Source: Rhizodiscina lignyota
Lineage: Eukaryota
Direction of reading: 5' to 3'
Length of the DNA: 64,000 nt
Assembly (NCBI GenBank): GCA_010015805.1
Contig: ML978129.1
Location: 1,364,001 to 1,428,000 of the forward strand
In this document: one piece after another, positions 11,409 to 23,459 of the stretch
Layout of the letters: each line of letters starts with the position of its first letter
Position numbering within the stretch: the first letter of the stretch is position 1
Position numbers and translations under genes: made by a program
Notes under the pieces: generated by a model
The model's input: only the letters and a program-made list of their open reading frames with translations
Databases searched by the model: none
Told to the model about the DNA's origin: nothing

Positions 11409-14157
11409 ATGTCGAACCCACCGCAAGGCCCGGGCATGCCTCCGTCGCGGAGCAACAGCATGACAAACGGTCCTGTGGGCGCTGGCATACAGCAGCAGGC
11501 GCCACCGGGAGCTGCACCGCAACCGCAGCAGTCGCAGGCAAACCTCAATCAAATTGTGGGTTTACTCTCCCTGTTCTACCCACACCGTCCGAGTTCTCTG
11601 TATTTTCGCTCTTGCTTTTTCGGCTCTGCTGTTGTGAAGGAAGGATGGCATTTCACACCCAAAAGCCCTCGAAGTGGCCCTGTAACACCCCTCCGTTTGT
11701 GAAGTCGCATCGCGAAACTTTGGACTACGCTAGAGTATTTAAATCACTACACCATCTACCCTACCTTCACAACCCGTTTTCCTTCAACCCGCACTCTTTC
11801 TGCCTCCACCACTACTGCATCTTTTCGATTATCGAGCATCATGAGTGCTAGAGCTTATGGCGAGACAGTCCAGATTGTTTTTGTTCCCTTTCACTCAAAC
11901 TTTCGAAAAGCTAACTGTTGCCAGGTCCTAGAATATCTCAGTAAGAAGGGATACAACAAGACCGAAGCCACCCTTCGCAAAGAATCAGCGATTCATGACC
12001 AGAATGGAAGACCGCTCGTAAGAAGGGTGGAAGACCAGGGAGGTCAAAAATATTCCACTGCGTTCAGTACGTCACTGCCAATATTAAGATGCGTGGGCGA
12101 AACAACTGATTGATGCAGTTCTTCTCCGCGACTGGGTCGAGGACAACCTGGACATCTACAAGCCCGAACTGCGACGCTTGCTGTGGCCAGTCTTCGTGTA
12201 CTCTTACCTGAACCTCGCGATCGAGTGCTACTTCAAAGAGACAGAGCGCTACTTCAACTCCTTCCAGAGCCTCTTCCTTCCCGACCATGAAGTCGACGTC
12301 CGTGCGCTCACTGGCATCCAATTGCCAGAGCATGTGCATCAAAATGCGACGGCACAGATTTACTACAATAACCGCTACCGCCTTTCCCTAACGAAGATGG
12401 CACAACAGGCGCTCTACGAATTTCTGGAGGCCAAAGAATCCGACGGAGGCTCTGTTATCGTGCAGCTCCTTCAGCGACACTTCAACTTGATCGCCGTTGA
12501 TAGAGCGTCCGTGGGACATGAGCGAAGCTTAGCGGCGCTGCTTGCTCGTGGTGGTGCTGATGAGGACATGCCTATGGAAGATGAAGGTATCCCTGGACAC
12601 AATCCGGGCTCCGCCAACACGGATCCAAATGCCCCACCTGTGTTACCGAACCTCAAGCTTGGGATGCCGCCAATGGACCCTGAGGCTGCTGAAGATGTAA
12701 GGGGCGCGCTTCAGGACGAGGATGCCAAGAACCCCCCGGCGCCAGGTCAGAACTCGCTTGTTGAAGAATTCGACCAACGAATCAAACGTGAACCTACCGA
12801 AGACGCGCCAACACGCGACACGGTCCCTCTCCCACCCCCACTTGCGCGCGACGTCGCGATGGAGGTGCAAAAGATCAAGGAGAACCGCGATCGATTCAGG
12901 ATTTTCGAGAAGACGACTGGTGGTTTGGGACCTGGTGTTAGTGTCGTCATGTACACATTCCATAACACCTTTGATAGGTAAGTTGCGCGTGGTGTTTTCG
13001 CTATGACGTATACTGATTTGTGTAGCATCAACTGCCTCGACTTCTCTGGCGATCAGAACCTCGTTGCAGCAGGCATGGCCGAGTCCTACATCCGCGTATG
13101 GTCGCTCGACGGTTCGCCACTCCCTTCACTCATGCCATCGAACCCCAACGAACCCCCGCCAAAGCCTGTGTCCTCTCGTCGCTTGGTTGGCCACTCTGGT
13201 CCCGTATACGCCGTCTCCTTCTCCCCGTCTACAGTAAACCCCTCTACCTCCTCATCCGCCCAAACAAACGGCACCTCCACCGAATCCTCTAAATACCCGT
13301 CCACGAAATCTCAATACCTTCTCTCCTCCTCCGCAGACAAGACCATCCGTCTCTGGTCCCTCGACGTCTGGCAATGCCTCGTAGCTTACCGTGCACACGA
13401 TTCACCCGTGTGGGACGTGCAGTGGGGCCCTTTCGGCTACTACTTCGCTTCGGCGGGCCACGACCGCACTGCCCGCCTCTGGGCAACCGACCACGTCGAG
13501 CCACTGCGCATGTTCGTCGGTCACGACCAGGACGTCGATGTCGTCGCGTGGCATCCAAACGGCGCGTACGTCTTCACCGCGAGCGGCGACAAGACGGTTC
13601 GCATGTGGGACGTCCAGCGCGGTACCAGCGTGCGCATGTTCACAGGTCACCTGAACAACCTCACGGCGCTGGCGGTCAGTTCTGATGGTGAGAAGCTGGC
13701 GAGCGCGGATGATAGTGGCGCGATTGTGCTGTGGGATCTTAAGGAGGGCGCGAGGATCAAGCGCATGCGTGGACATGGTAAGGGCGGCGTGTGGAGCCTT
13801 AGCTGGTCTGCGGAGAGCAACGTCCTCGTGTCGGGTGGTGCGGACGGCACGGTGCGCGTATGGGACTGCGTGCAGCGACTGCAGGATGGTGGACCTGGTG
13901 CTGCGGCAGGTATTGCGGGTGCAAAGGCGCCAGATAGTGCGGGCGTGAAGGATGGCGCCAGCAGTGGGTCGGGTGCGGTGGCGGGTGTGGGTGCGGGCGT
14001 GGGCGCGAAGAAGAAGAAAGAGAAGGATGTTGTTGTCACAGGGGATCAGATTGCTGCTTTCCCGACGAAGAAGAGTCCCGTGTATAAGGTGCAGTTTACA
14101 CGGATGAATCTGGTTATGGCTGGGGGTGCGTTCATACCTGAGCCGGAGAAGCTGTGA
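11409..14157 (+). CDS. TAF5: TFIID/SAGA subunit Taf5 (LisH, NTD2, WD40), 4 exons
   Basis: NLNQI|VLEYLSKKGY..TE..LR.E, LWPVFVYSYL, WD40 repeats, FPTKKSPVYKVQFTRMNL. Introns 11556-11924, 12067-12118, 12978-13025. Confidence 0.97.
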
Positions 14158-14607
14158 TTGGATGGGCATGGAAATTTGGATGAGTGTCGGCTTTTTTGAA
14201 GCGCGCTGCTCATTCGAACGTACGGCAAGGAACAATATCGCATGAAGGACGTCTGTTTGACGGTACATGAGGCAAGGAAGCTTCATTTTTAATGATGCAG
14301 GCTGGATTGCACGATCAGTGGCTTCACGTTGATATTATGCATTGGGACTTGGGAAGATTCGTCTCTTCACAAGAGTGGTGAGGCTTGTAAGCTCACATGA
14401 GCAAAATCGAATAGCACAAATGCCAGAGAGCTTTAATTCAATGCTCCATGTTCACATCTAGAAGAATGACTTCACGAAGTGGCGAGCATCCTCAAATTGT
14501 AGAACTTTCGCCCAGAAGCAGACTGTCCGTAACCCAGAAAATGCAACGATCATCTCCGATCATCGTCTCATTCGAATTGTTCTCCCCTCATCCTCGTTTT
14601 GAATCAC

Positions 14608-15155
14608 CTACTGTACCGTACCGCCCGCCGACACCTTCGCCGCCTGCTGCGGGTTCACTTTCTTGCCGTCCTTGTTGTATCGGACTCTTGGAGGAGGAGC
14701 ACGGTTCCGGCGACCTTCACGCGAGCGCACACGTACAATCTTGCCGTGGATGGCGCACGAGACGCAGTACTGTAGCTTCAAGTACATCTTGGGCACGGTG
14801 TATTCGGGGAAGACGGAGGCGTCCGAGATATCACCTAGAGGTGAGCTTGTTAGTTTCTGATTTTTCTTCTATGATATAAAATACGGCAAGGTTTGTGAAG
14901 ATTCAGAAAGAAGCGGTCGGGGCAGAGTGGCGTGGACGTACGGATAGCGGCCGACTCGACCATGTTGCGAATGGTGAAGCGCTTGATCGCCTTGTCCTTT
15001 GGTGTGCATCGCGAGCAGTTGGAGCAGCGAATGGGCTTGACGTGGCCGCGGCCCTTCTTGTTACGGCCGCTTTGGAATAATTGTTAGCTTTGTTTCTTCG
15101 TCTCCGTGGTTTCGCGGAATGCGTATGCGTACTTGGATGCTCGCTTCTTGACCAT
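14608..15155 (-). CDS. RPS26: 40S ribosomal protein S26 (eS26), 3 coding exons
   Basis: [39 protein letters not shown]...[16 protein letters not shown]. Introns 15132-15070 and 14941-14835. Confidence 0.98.
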
Positions 15156-15165
15156 GATGGGCTGT

Positions 15166-15217
15166 CTGAGGCAAATTAGCGATTGTCGAGATAGAGAGAA
15201 ACGCAAAATAGCCTTAC
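15166..15217 (-). other. Probable 5'-UTR intron of RPS26
   Basis: cag|gtaagg donor, gctaat branch site and cag acceptor 10 nt before the ATG. Confidence 0.75.
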
Positions 15218-15675
15218 CTGAGATATTGTTAATCTGCTGCAGCCTGGAGAGATGGAGTTGCTGGCGCTGTTTGATGTCGATGTCGCTTTGGCAAATTGAA
15301 TGTGGGTTTACAAGCTGTGCCCGGCCCGGGCTTTTGCCGACGGATTTGATCTTATCAATTGGCGGTTCAGAATAGGAATGGCTCGATCTCTAGCCCTGTC
15401 ACATGATGACAAGGATGGCCGCGCTCCGAACGACGCATGGCCCGAAGCGTTGTTTAGATTCGCTATCATCACCAGATCTCCCTGAATTCGTCGTTTGGCC
15501 GTGGGTTGGGAACGTAGTCCTTGAAGGGGCCCATATTGCAGCTCTTTTCAGGGCTAAAACAGCCGCAGCGGCAGATTCGAAGGCGGAGAGGCTATCGGAC
15601 AAAATTTCCGCAGGCCAACGGGATAAACAAACGGAATAAACTTGCACAACAGCAACGACGACGAACAACGCAACA

Positions 15676-17797
15676 ATGTCAGCCACTGGGACATTCAGAG
15701 GCACGCCTAAGGGACGAGGCCAAGTTCCCTTCACGAACAGTCCTTCTCACATACCCATACCACGACCTGCTCCAGAGTCACACGTCAGCCACAATGCGAG
15801 CGAAGCTGGCTCGACCCTCAGTGCTAGTCGACAGAAGCAGACCAAACGCGATGAGGTATGCTCGCAGAATTGTTGTGGTGGTTAATCATTTGGGCTCACC
15901 ATTTGCTTAGGCAATTCGCCGTCGAATCGAATCCGACTTGAACAAGAAGAAGAACCCTACCTCCCGTATACGCCAAACCCGTAAAGCTCCACCAGGCACT
16001 GTCCTCGCGCTCAGACCTAGTCCCGCTCTTCAGATCAAGCCCAACACTACAGTTGCTGAGGCTGCGCAATTGATGGCTGCGAAGCGTGAAGACTGCGTCT
16101 TGGTTACCGATGACGACGAGCGTATCGCTGGTATTTTTACGGCGAAGGACCTTGCTTTCAGAGTTGTAGGGGCAGGCATCAAGGCAAGAGATGTCACAAT
16201 CGAGGAAATCATGACAAAGAACCCTCTATGTGCGAAGACGGATACCAGTGCTACAGATGCGCTAGACCTAATGGTTAGGAAGGGTTTTCGCCATTTGCCA
16301 GTCATGGATGAGAATCATGACATCTCAGGCATTCTCGATATCACAAAATGCTTCTACGATGCGATGGAGAAATTGGAAAGGGCATATAGCTCGTCGCGCA
16401 AACTCTACGACGCTCTTGAAGGTGTGCAGGCGGAGCTTGGATCCAGCCAACCTCAGCAGATCATTCAATACGTCGAGGCGTTGCGGAGTAAAATGTCTGG
16501 CCCGACACTGGAATCTGTCCTGACTGGACTGCCACCAACAACGGTTTCCGTTCGTACTTCGGTCAAGGAGGCTGCGGGACTAATGAAGGAGAATCATACA
16601 ACTGCTGTCCTCGTTCAAGATCAAGGGGCAATAACTGGTATTTTTACCAGCAAGGATGTGGTTCTGCGAGTTATTGCCGCTGGTCTCGATCCCGCGACTT
16701 GCAGCGTTGTCAGAGTCATGACGCCGCATCCGGACTTTGCTCCTAGTGACATGACCATTCAAGCCGCGCTCCGCAAGATGCATGGTGAGTAACCTACTCC
16801 AAACTAGGTGAGAACATTCTAATATGATTGTGTAGATGGTCACTATCTCAATCTCCCTGTGATGAGCGAGGCTGGCGAGATTGTCGGAATGGTCGACGTT
16901 CTCAAACTGACATACGCAACATTGGATCAAATCAACAGCATGGGAACAACAGACAGTGAAGGACCGGCCTGGAACAAGTTCTGGCTGTCTCTCGACAACG
17001 AATCTGAGTCAATGGTCTCTGGAGAAGGTAGCCGTATGCCTCATACTCCTGACCATCGATCGCTTATGTCGCCAGCAATGGATCGCCCAGGTGTAGACCG
17101 TGGAGACAGCGTCCTGCCAAACGAATCGGCATCGCACCATGGTGCTGACTCTCCTGCCCATTCTGCTCTTGCTGGGAGGCCCCAGTCGCCAATACTTGAA
17201 GAAACTCCATTCGCGTTCAAGTTCAAGGCTCCTAGTGGACGTGTCCATCGCCTCCAGATCGTTGCCGCTGCAGGGATCGCTGAGCTGATTTCGAGTGTTG
17301 CCGATAAGCTTGGCAAAGAAATAGACGCCGTTGGTGGCCTGCCAGAGGTTGAGGAGGGTAAGATGGGAAAGACTGGGTTTGCCCTTAGCTACCTAGACAA
17401 CGAGGGCGATACCGTTTCAATCACGACCGATAAGGATCTTCTCGAGGCCATTAATTTAGCCCGCATGAGCCACCACGACAAGGTCGATCTTTTTGTGCAT
17501 GATCCGGATCAACCGCCTCACTCAGCAACTCTCGATCCTCATCCAGGCACTGTCAAACCACCTTCGCCTCCAGAGTCTCAACTCAGGCGCAGAAGACTTG
17601 ACGATGAGGAAGATGAAGAAGATGTCTTCGAGGAGCGTCCTCCGAGGGAGCGGAAACAAACCTCTCCGCAGATACAACAGGAGCAGTTTATTGCAGGTGT
17701 GCCAAACGAGCTCCTTCTGCCAGGAGCCATTGTCACGCTTGCCGTCGTCATTGTTGGTGTCTTTGCGTTGACCCGTGCGACCGGCTCGAGCCGGTAG
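15676..17797 (+). CDS. CBS x4 + PB1 domain protein with C-terminal tail anchor (Mug70-like), 3 exons
   Basis: Two CBS pairs (GIFTAKDL, GIFTSKDV, FRHLPV), PB1 (FKFKAPSGRVHR..LSYLDNEGDTVSITTD.DL), C-terminal TM. Introns 15856-15910 and 16785-16835. Confidence 0.93.
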
Positions 17798-18082
17798 TTC
17801 CTGCTGATTGAGATCGTATCTAATTGAGCTTCTGAATTGACGAATCATGCTTGTTCTCACTATATCCTTCGTCGCTGCTCTTGGTATCTTCGATACTGTA
17901 TGATATACAGACTGCTCTTCTTTCCGGCACAGCGTTTAGTTCAATCGGGAAATTAATATTCTGCCTTTCAGCTATTTCTCAAATACCAAAGACTTTTTCG
18001 GGCGTAAATCTAATGATATTTATCACGCTATGGCCTCTCTTACTCCGTAGTGCTTGCACAGTTGCTTTCTTCATTTGACCCT

Positions 18083-18943
18083 TCATCCCCTCACAAACTC
18101 AATCCAAATCGCATTCGCCCCCTCTCCAAACCTCTCCTCCACCGTCCCCACGCCTTCCTTCTCCGTCCACAACGCCACACTCACCACCCGCGCCTCCAGC
18201 TCCCCAAACGGCACTAACACAATCTCCCCAATCCCCTTGCTCACATCCGCAGGCGACCGAATCGCAAAGCTCGCCCGCCCCGATCCAGACTCGTCAAGCA
18301 CCGCTCCCACGCCAGTGATCCCGCCGTAGACCTTGCAGTACTGCGTGAACTTTGCGCTTGGCACGCCTACCGTGATGCTCTTCACGCCCAGCGCGCCTGA
18401 GGGATGTGTCGTCGCTTCTGCGGAGTCCGACGTGACTCTCCACGTTCTCTGCGTCACATCATGGCACCAGAATGGTACGGAGCCCCTCTTAACTGAATCT
18501 GACGGATGAGTGGAAGTGGGAAACGTGACGTGCCATTTAATCTCGTGACCGCCTGTCGTTCGACCACCGGCTCGCGGCTCAGCGTACGTGATGCCTAGGT
18601 TTGCGGGCTCTTCGCCCTGCTCGGATTCGCTTCCCAGGCCGTTGAGAGTTAAACGCACGACTTCCACGTCCCCGACTTCTTGGGATGTCAGGGCGAAGTC
18701 GATGATCCCGTTCGGCAGGGCACCCCACCAGTGCCCGGATTTGAGGTCTGCAGAGTCGTCGATGAAGCTGATGAATTCGAAGTACACACCATCGCTGAAG
18801 ATGACGAGTTTGTTTTCCGTTTTGTTGTCTGCGTGTCGGCCGCCCGGGGAGATGGTAAAGAGGGATGTGATGGAATTGGGGAGGGATTGGAGGAGAGAAT
18901 ACGGGATGAGAATTATGATGTGGTCGAGCTTGGGGAGAAACAT
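18083..18943 (-). CDS. Glyoxalase-like (VOC fold) domain protein, intronless
   Basis: LDHIII, PGGRHAD..TENKLVIF.DG.Y.E.I.F, GGRT, VPFWCHDVT.R, HPSGALGV. Confidence 0.87.
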   Translation of the reverse strand: MFLPKLDHIIILIPYSLLQSLPNSITSLFTISPGGRHADNKTENKLVIFSDGVYFEFISFIDDSADLKSGHWWGALPNGIIDFALTSQEVGDVEVVRLTLNGLGSESEQGEEPANLGITYAEPRAGGRTTGGHEIKWHVTFPTSTHPSDSVKRGSVPFWCHDVTQRTWRVTSDSAEATTHPSGALGVKSITVGVPSAKFTQYCKVYGGITGVGAVLDESGSGRASFAIRSPADVSKGIGEIVLVPFGELEARVVSVALWTEKEGVGTVEERFGEGANAIWIEFVRG

Positions 18944-19970
18944 TTTGTTTTTCCCTTGTTGCAGTACATTGGTTGAGGAACGAGGAATGGGGAGTTGAGT
19001 TACACAATGGAAAGTGCCCGAAGGGTGGAGTCACGGGTTTGGAAGGTGAGCACCTGGGAATCACATGGCGTGATGCTGCGGGCGGTCTGCATCCGGAAGC
19101 AGATGGGAAGAGCGAGACTGTTGCTCTGATAATTCCTACACTCGCGTCAGAGATTCATCTTTGTCTAAGGCGCTTCTTGGCTAAGTGATTTAGCAGAGGG
19201 ACGTCGTCTTTGGCTCTTTGATATTCAGGGTAAAGGACCGAATTTACCAGGATTTCCGCTTTGGGAAGGTATCCCAATGGGAGAGAAATTCTGCCAGGTT
19301 CTACCTTGGAATGTCGAGAATCTTTTGTATGTAAGATGGTTCTGACTCGTTCGTATATCCTCTCGTCTCCATGGCCTCGGAGTAGATGACCCGATTGCAC
19401 GATGGTTGTGACTAAGGTTATAAAAATACCGTTTTGAAGGCTGCCTCTAACAATCCACGGTTATGTAACTATGCCACGAAGGCAAAATTCGATCGAAGAG
19501 GTAGGCCCGAAGAATAGAGAAAGTAGGTTTAGGGAACAGGGGTTCGTTTATTTTGATCTTTGTAAAAGAGAAGCCAAAAGAGAATTTTTACATGGAGGAG
19601 AAGAAAAAGAAAAATGAGAATGCACAAGCTGGTTTATCGCTTACTCCTATTAACAGCTCTACGTCCTTTTCCAAATGCATTATCCTCGTAACCCGAAATT
19701 CATGCTAGTCAAGCTCATTAATTAAGAGAGTCAAGGCAATAAATGTAGAGCTTGAGTTCGTAAGCCTGCAGCAAGGTGTTCACATGTAAGTACGGCACAA
19801 GGCATGAGCCTTACGCGCAGCTATTGGCTGAGTCGATTTGTCCAAGCTGCATCAACTTAGAGATTTCACAGGTTGCCATTCTACCTTATTCAACTAGCAG
19901 CACATTGATGTCGGAGATTGACGCTACTCCTTTTTGACAGTCTGTTCACCATGCCCGCATCCAATTCCCC

Positions 19971-21641
19971 TCAAGCATCACAGCTCTCACAAAAGTCCCA
20001 CTTCACATTCTCATAGCCTTCCCTCGGCTTGATAGTCACCATCGTACTTCCTACGCCCCTTGGCGGCGTCACAGCTTCTGGTACTCTCGCATTCTTCACA
20101 TCTGGAATCGCCCACTTGCCCTCTCCCTCTTCCGGCACCACATCAAATGCTAACAACAGGCTTCCTACCGCCATCACCAAATTCGGAGCAATATTACGAC
20201 CACCACAAATCCCAGCACCACCTCCGAACGCACGGTAAGTGCGCGTCATTTCGTTCTCGGGCTGCGTGATTCCGATGAAGCGGTCGCCCTTGAAGATCGT
20301 AGGTTCGTCCCAGTAGAGAGGATTGTGATTGACCGGCGTACCACACATGATGGCGAGATCGCCTTTCTTCAGACTAACGCTGTCGAGGATGAAGTCTTCG
20401 GCGATATCACGGATCGAGAAGGCGGTGCCGATCATGCGAGCATTTTCGTAGAAGCAGGACAGAAAGAGAGGGCATGAGGTGCGGACGGCATGCGCGTGAA
20501 ACACGATTGCTTGACCATCAGACGAGCGCATAAGGATGTGTTCGAGCTCGGCGCGGATCTTGGACAGGAGATCGGGATGGCTGAATATGCTGACTGCCAG
20601 GCCGTACGAGGCATCGATGGGCGGCTCGAAGAAACCTAGAGTTCTTGACAGGTCAATTCGAGCAAGAGCCTCGTCGTCAAAGCCCCACTTCTTTCCGGCC
20701 TCCATGTATTGTAAAATGCGGTGTGGTACAGTAGATGTATCATCGCTTTCGCGAATGGCGCGATAGTATTCTGTAGTAGATTTAAAAATCCTCTCGCGGC
20801 AAAGCATGCCAAAGCGTGCTCCAGGAAACAGAAATGCAGGGAGCAAGGAGAACAATATGACTGGACTGGCATTATGGAAGTTCCACCAGTCTCTAATGAG
20901 AGCAGTATCGAGGTAGTATGGTGAAGTTTCACCCCATATGCTATAGCTGACAGCACGGCTAAAAGAGAACTGGATCCACTTGTAGAGGTCAATTGTGGTA
21001 TTGCCATCAGACTGTAACTGCATGATCTTCTCGCCGTATTTGGCTACGAAGCCGCGTATTATACGATAGTACTCGTCGCTTGGCGAGAGCGATTGATGGA
21101 ACGATTTGAGCATTTCACCGTACGCGTTTGGAACTTTCCGACTGCCCCGATTATGACGAATCTTGGCCGCGTCCTTCTTGTTCAGGTGGCCTGTAGTGAC
21201 GAGGAGATCTTGAACCGGATTCATGGTCAAGTACTTGGACTTGTTCTGGACAAATGTAGTGTACTCGCTGGATCTGATCAGATATACATTCCCACGAAGG
21301 CCAATTCTAACTTTGACCAGAGCAGCATCGGAATCCAAGCCAATTTGATAGAGCAGGTCGGCAATCGTGAGGTGGGGGTTTCGAGCCCACCGCAAGAGGA
21401 GGCTCGGATACGACACGGTTTCATGCTCCTTAGAACTGGTCTCCTTCTTTCTAGTCGGGATGCTTACCCAACGGAAAGCGTAGAGTGTGTAAAGAAGAAT
21501 GAGGAGGGTCAGCCCGCAGATGGTAGCCGTACGAGTCGGACGTACGAATTTGAGCTTCTCCGGCGTTGGTGTTGGATTGTCCGTGAGGTTGGAGACCATT
21601 GTGCCGTACACTTGATACAAATAGATCAAATGCACAAACAT
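19971..21641 (-). CDS. Cytochrome P450, CYP7/CYP8-like clan, intronless (start may instead be a downstream Met)
   Basis: N-terminal TM, ExxR (ENAR), FKGDRF, heme motif FGGGAGICGGR. Confidence 0.9.
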   Translation of the reverse strand: MFVHLIYLYQVYGTMVSNLTDNPTPTPEKLKFVRPTRTATICGLTLLILLYTLYAFRWVSIPTRKKETSSKEHETVSYPSLLLRWARNPHLTIADLLYQIGLDSDAALVKVRIGLRGNVYLIRSSEYTTFVQNKSKYLTMNPVQDLLVTTGHLNKKDAAKIRHNRGSRKVPNAYGEMLKSFHQSLSPSDEYYRIIRGFVAKYGEKIMQLQSDGNTTIDLYKWIQFSFSRAVSYSIWGETSPYYLDTALIRDWWNFHNASPVILFSLLPAFLFPGARFGMLCRERIFKSTTEYYRAIRESDDTSTVPHRILQYMEAGKKWGFDDEALARIDLSRTLGFFEPPIDASYGLAVSIFSHPDLLSKIRAELEHILMRSSDGQAIVFHAHAVRTSCPLFLSCFYENARMIGTAFSIRDIAEDFILDSVSLKKGDLAIMCGTPVNHNPLYWDEPTIFKGDRFIGITQPENEMTRTYRAFGGGAGICGGRNIAPNLVMAVGSLLLAFDVVPEEGEGKWAIPDVKNARVPEAVTPPRGVGSTMVTIKPREGYENVKWDFCESCDA

Positions 21642-22331
21642 CAGGATCGACTAGAACAACTATGTGTAAGACTAAAGACTGTCACAGACTGATGTCTGGC
21701 CAAAAAGGTGACACGGTATAGTGTGAAGGGAATTGAAGTCGGCTTATATGCGAGAAGATTTTGAATAAATTGATACCGTCAAACTTCTGCGGTCGTAATT
21801 CCTCGTCGGTTTTATGTAGAGGTAGGGAATGGAAGTGGTGAGGCCTGCAGCACGTCCATGGCTTTATATAGACTTACTGCTGCTTTGCCATATTACCTCG
21901 TACAGCTTCTCGCTATATTAAGCAAACAAAAGCATAAATCGACGGAATTGGTAGCCTCTAGTGACACTTTCCTGTCGTGCAAGAAGCTTAATGTAGTGGT
22001 TTGTAGCTAAACGCTCATCGGGCAGGGAAGCGGCTACGCACGGTACACTTGACCGGCGACGATCTTGGAAATCATATCGAACTACTGAAGACAGATCGCG
22101 AAATGTAGCTGCATTTCTGCTATGTGTTGGACTCAGAATGATCCATTGACAATAGAAGGGGTGTAGTACTGACCAGCAGGTCGATCGAGGACGCTATTGG
22201 ACTCTTCCACTTTCCAACGCTATCCGACATGGTTGTTCCCCAACAAAATGACTAATTCCATGTGGAGTGATCACGCAATAGCCGCCATGGCATACGAAGT
22301 CAAATAATTGGTCAAGCTTCCCCAGTGTGCG

Positions 22332-23214
22332 TCAATCCTGCACTGGTCGATGCCCTGGTTGGTACCAGCTCCAGATATTCAGGCCGACTTTGACCCCGGT
22401 TTCAACGGGCAGACCGGAGTGCCAAGTTTGCTCATAGCCAGAGCCATCGTTGCGGAAGTTCTCCCAGTACACGGCACTCCCCTTCTTGGCTTTGAATGTG
22501 ATACCCTCAAGCTGACTGTCACAATCCAGGAAGCGACACCACTCTTGGCTTGGCGGCATTGCTAATCGCGGAAAATGCGTTCCACCACCAGTGCAGTTGG
22601 CATGGAGATACACCATAAACGTGCTCACCCGACCAGCTCCGCCTCTTCCTCGAGTGCCCCAGTCGTAGTGGTGGACATAGTGTCCACCGGGACCATACCG
22701 CTGAGCCCAGAGTCGCTCGATGAAGACATCCGTGCGCCAGCCCTGAAACTCACGTGCACGAGCTTCGATGCACTTCACAGTAGCAGTTCTTGGAAGCAGT
22801 GCTTTGCTGCTGTTGCGTATCGTAGGGTCATATGATTCGACGCCTGCATGGAAAATTGTCGAGGGCTCAAAATGCGATGCACTATAAACTGTGTGAGCTA
22901 CAAATGAAACCGACTCAAGAGGTTATCATGTACCTGATTTCGACTAACTCATCCGCTTCTTGATCTGTCAAGAATGAAGGAAGGTAAATGACCAACGGAT
23001 CTGTAGAGAGAATATGCGGTGCGAATGTATGTTCCGGGCACTCAAGGTTACCCTCAGGATAGACTAATGCCTCGCTCTTCTCATAGGATATCACTGGCTC
23101 ACCATCGTCCTGATCCGAGCTCAAGTATGGTCGCAACACAGGAGACAAGACGAAGATGTACAGCGCAATGGAAATCAGGAAATATTCCACAATAGTGGTG
23201 AGCTTTGTCGTCAT
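22332..23214 (-). CDS. Prolyl-4-hydroxylase-like 2OG-Fe(II) dioxygenase, 2 exons
   Basis: Signal anchor, LSTDPLVIYLPSFLT..EA, HYD facial triad, STFMVYL, GGGTHFP, HSGLPV..G.K...NIW. Intron 22933-22882. Confidence 0.92.
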
Positions 23215-23459
23215 GATTGGCAAGAGAGAGCTTCAGAGAGGCACTTCATGAACGCCAGAACTCATGGAGCGGTCAAGACAGATCGAGCTGAAGCAATTTT
23301 TTTTAAGAGATTCATGTCGAGCGTCTTCATTCCGAGAGTTGAAGTTTGCCCCTGAGGTTGACTGACCGAAGTCCCGCCTTCCCCGAAGTGTTTCCGGACT
23401 CCATTATTATTCCTTGGCGTTGAAAAGTAAGATTACTGTAAGCATGCCAAAGACCAATG

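Noticed and set aside
13402..14286. Long antisense ORFs over TAF5 (also over Argonaute, PP28, NmrA and KH genes)
   Set aside because: Explained by GC-rich codon bias of the real gene on the other strand; no recognisable motifs.
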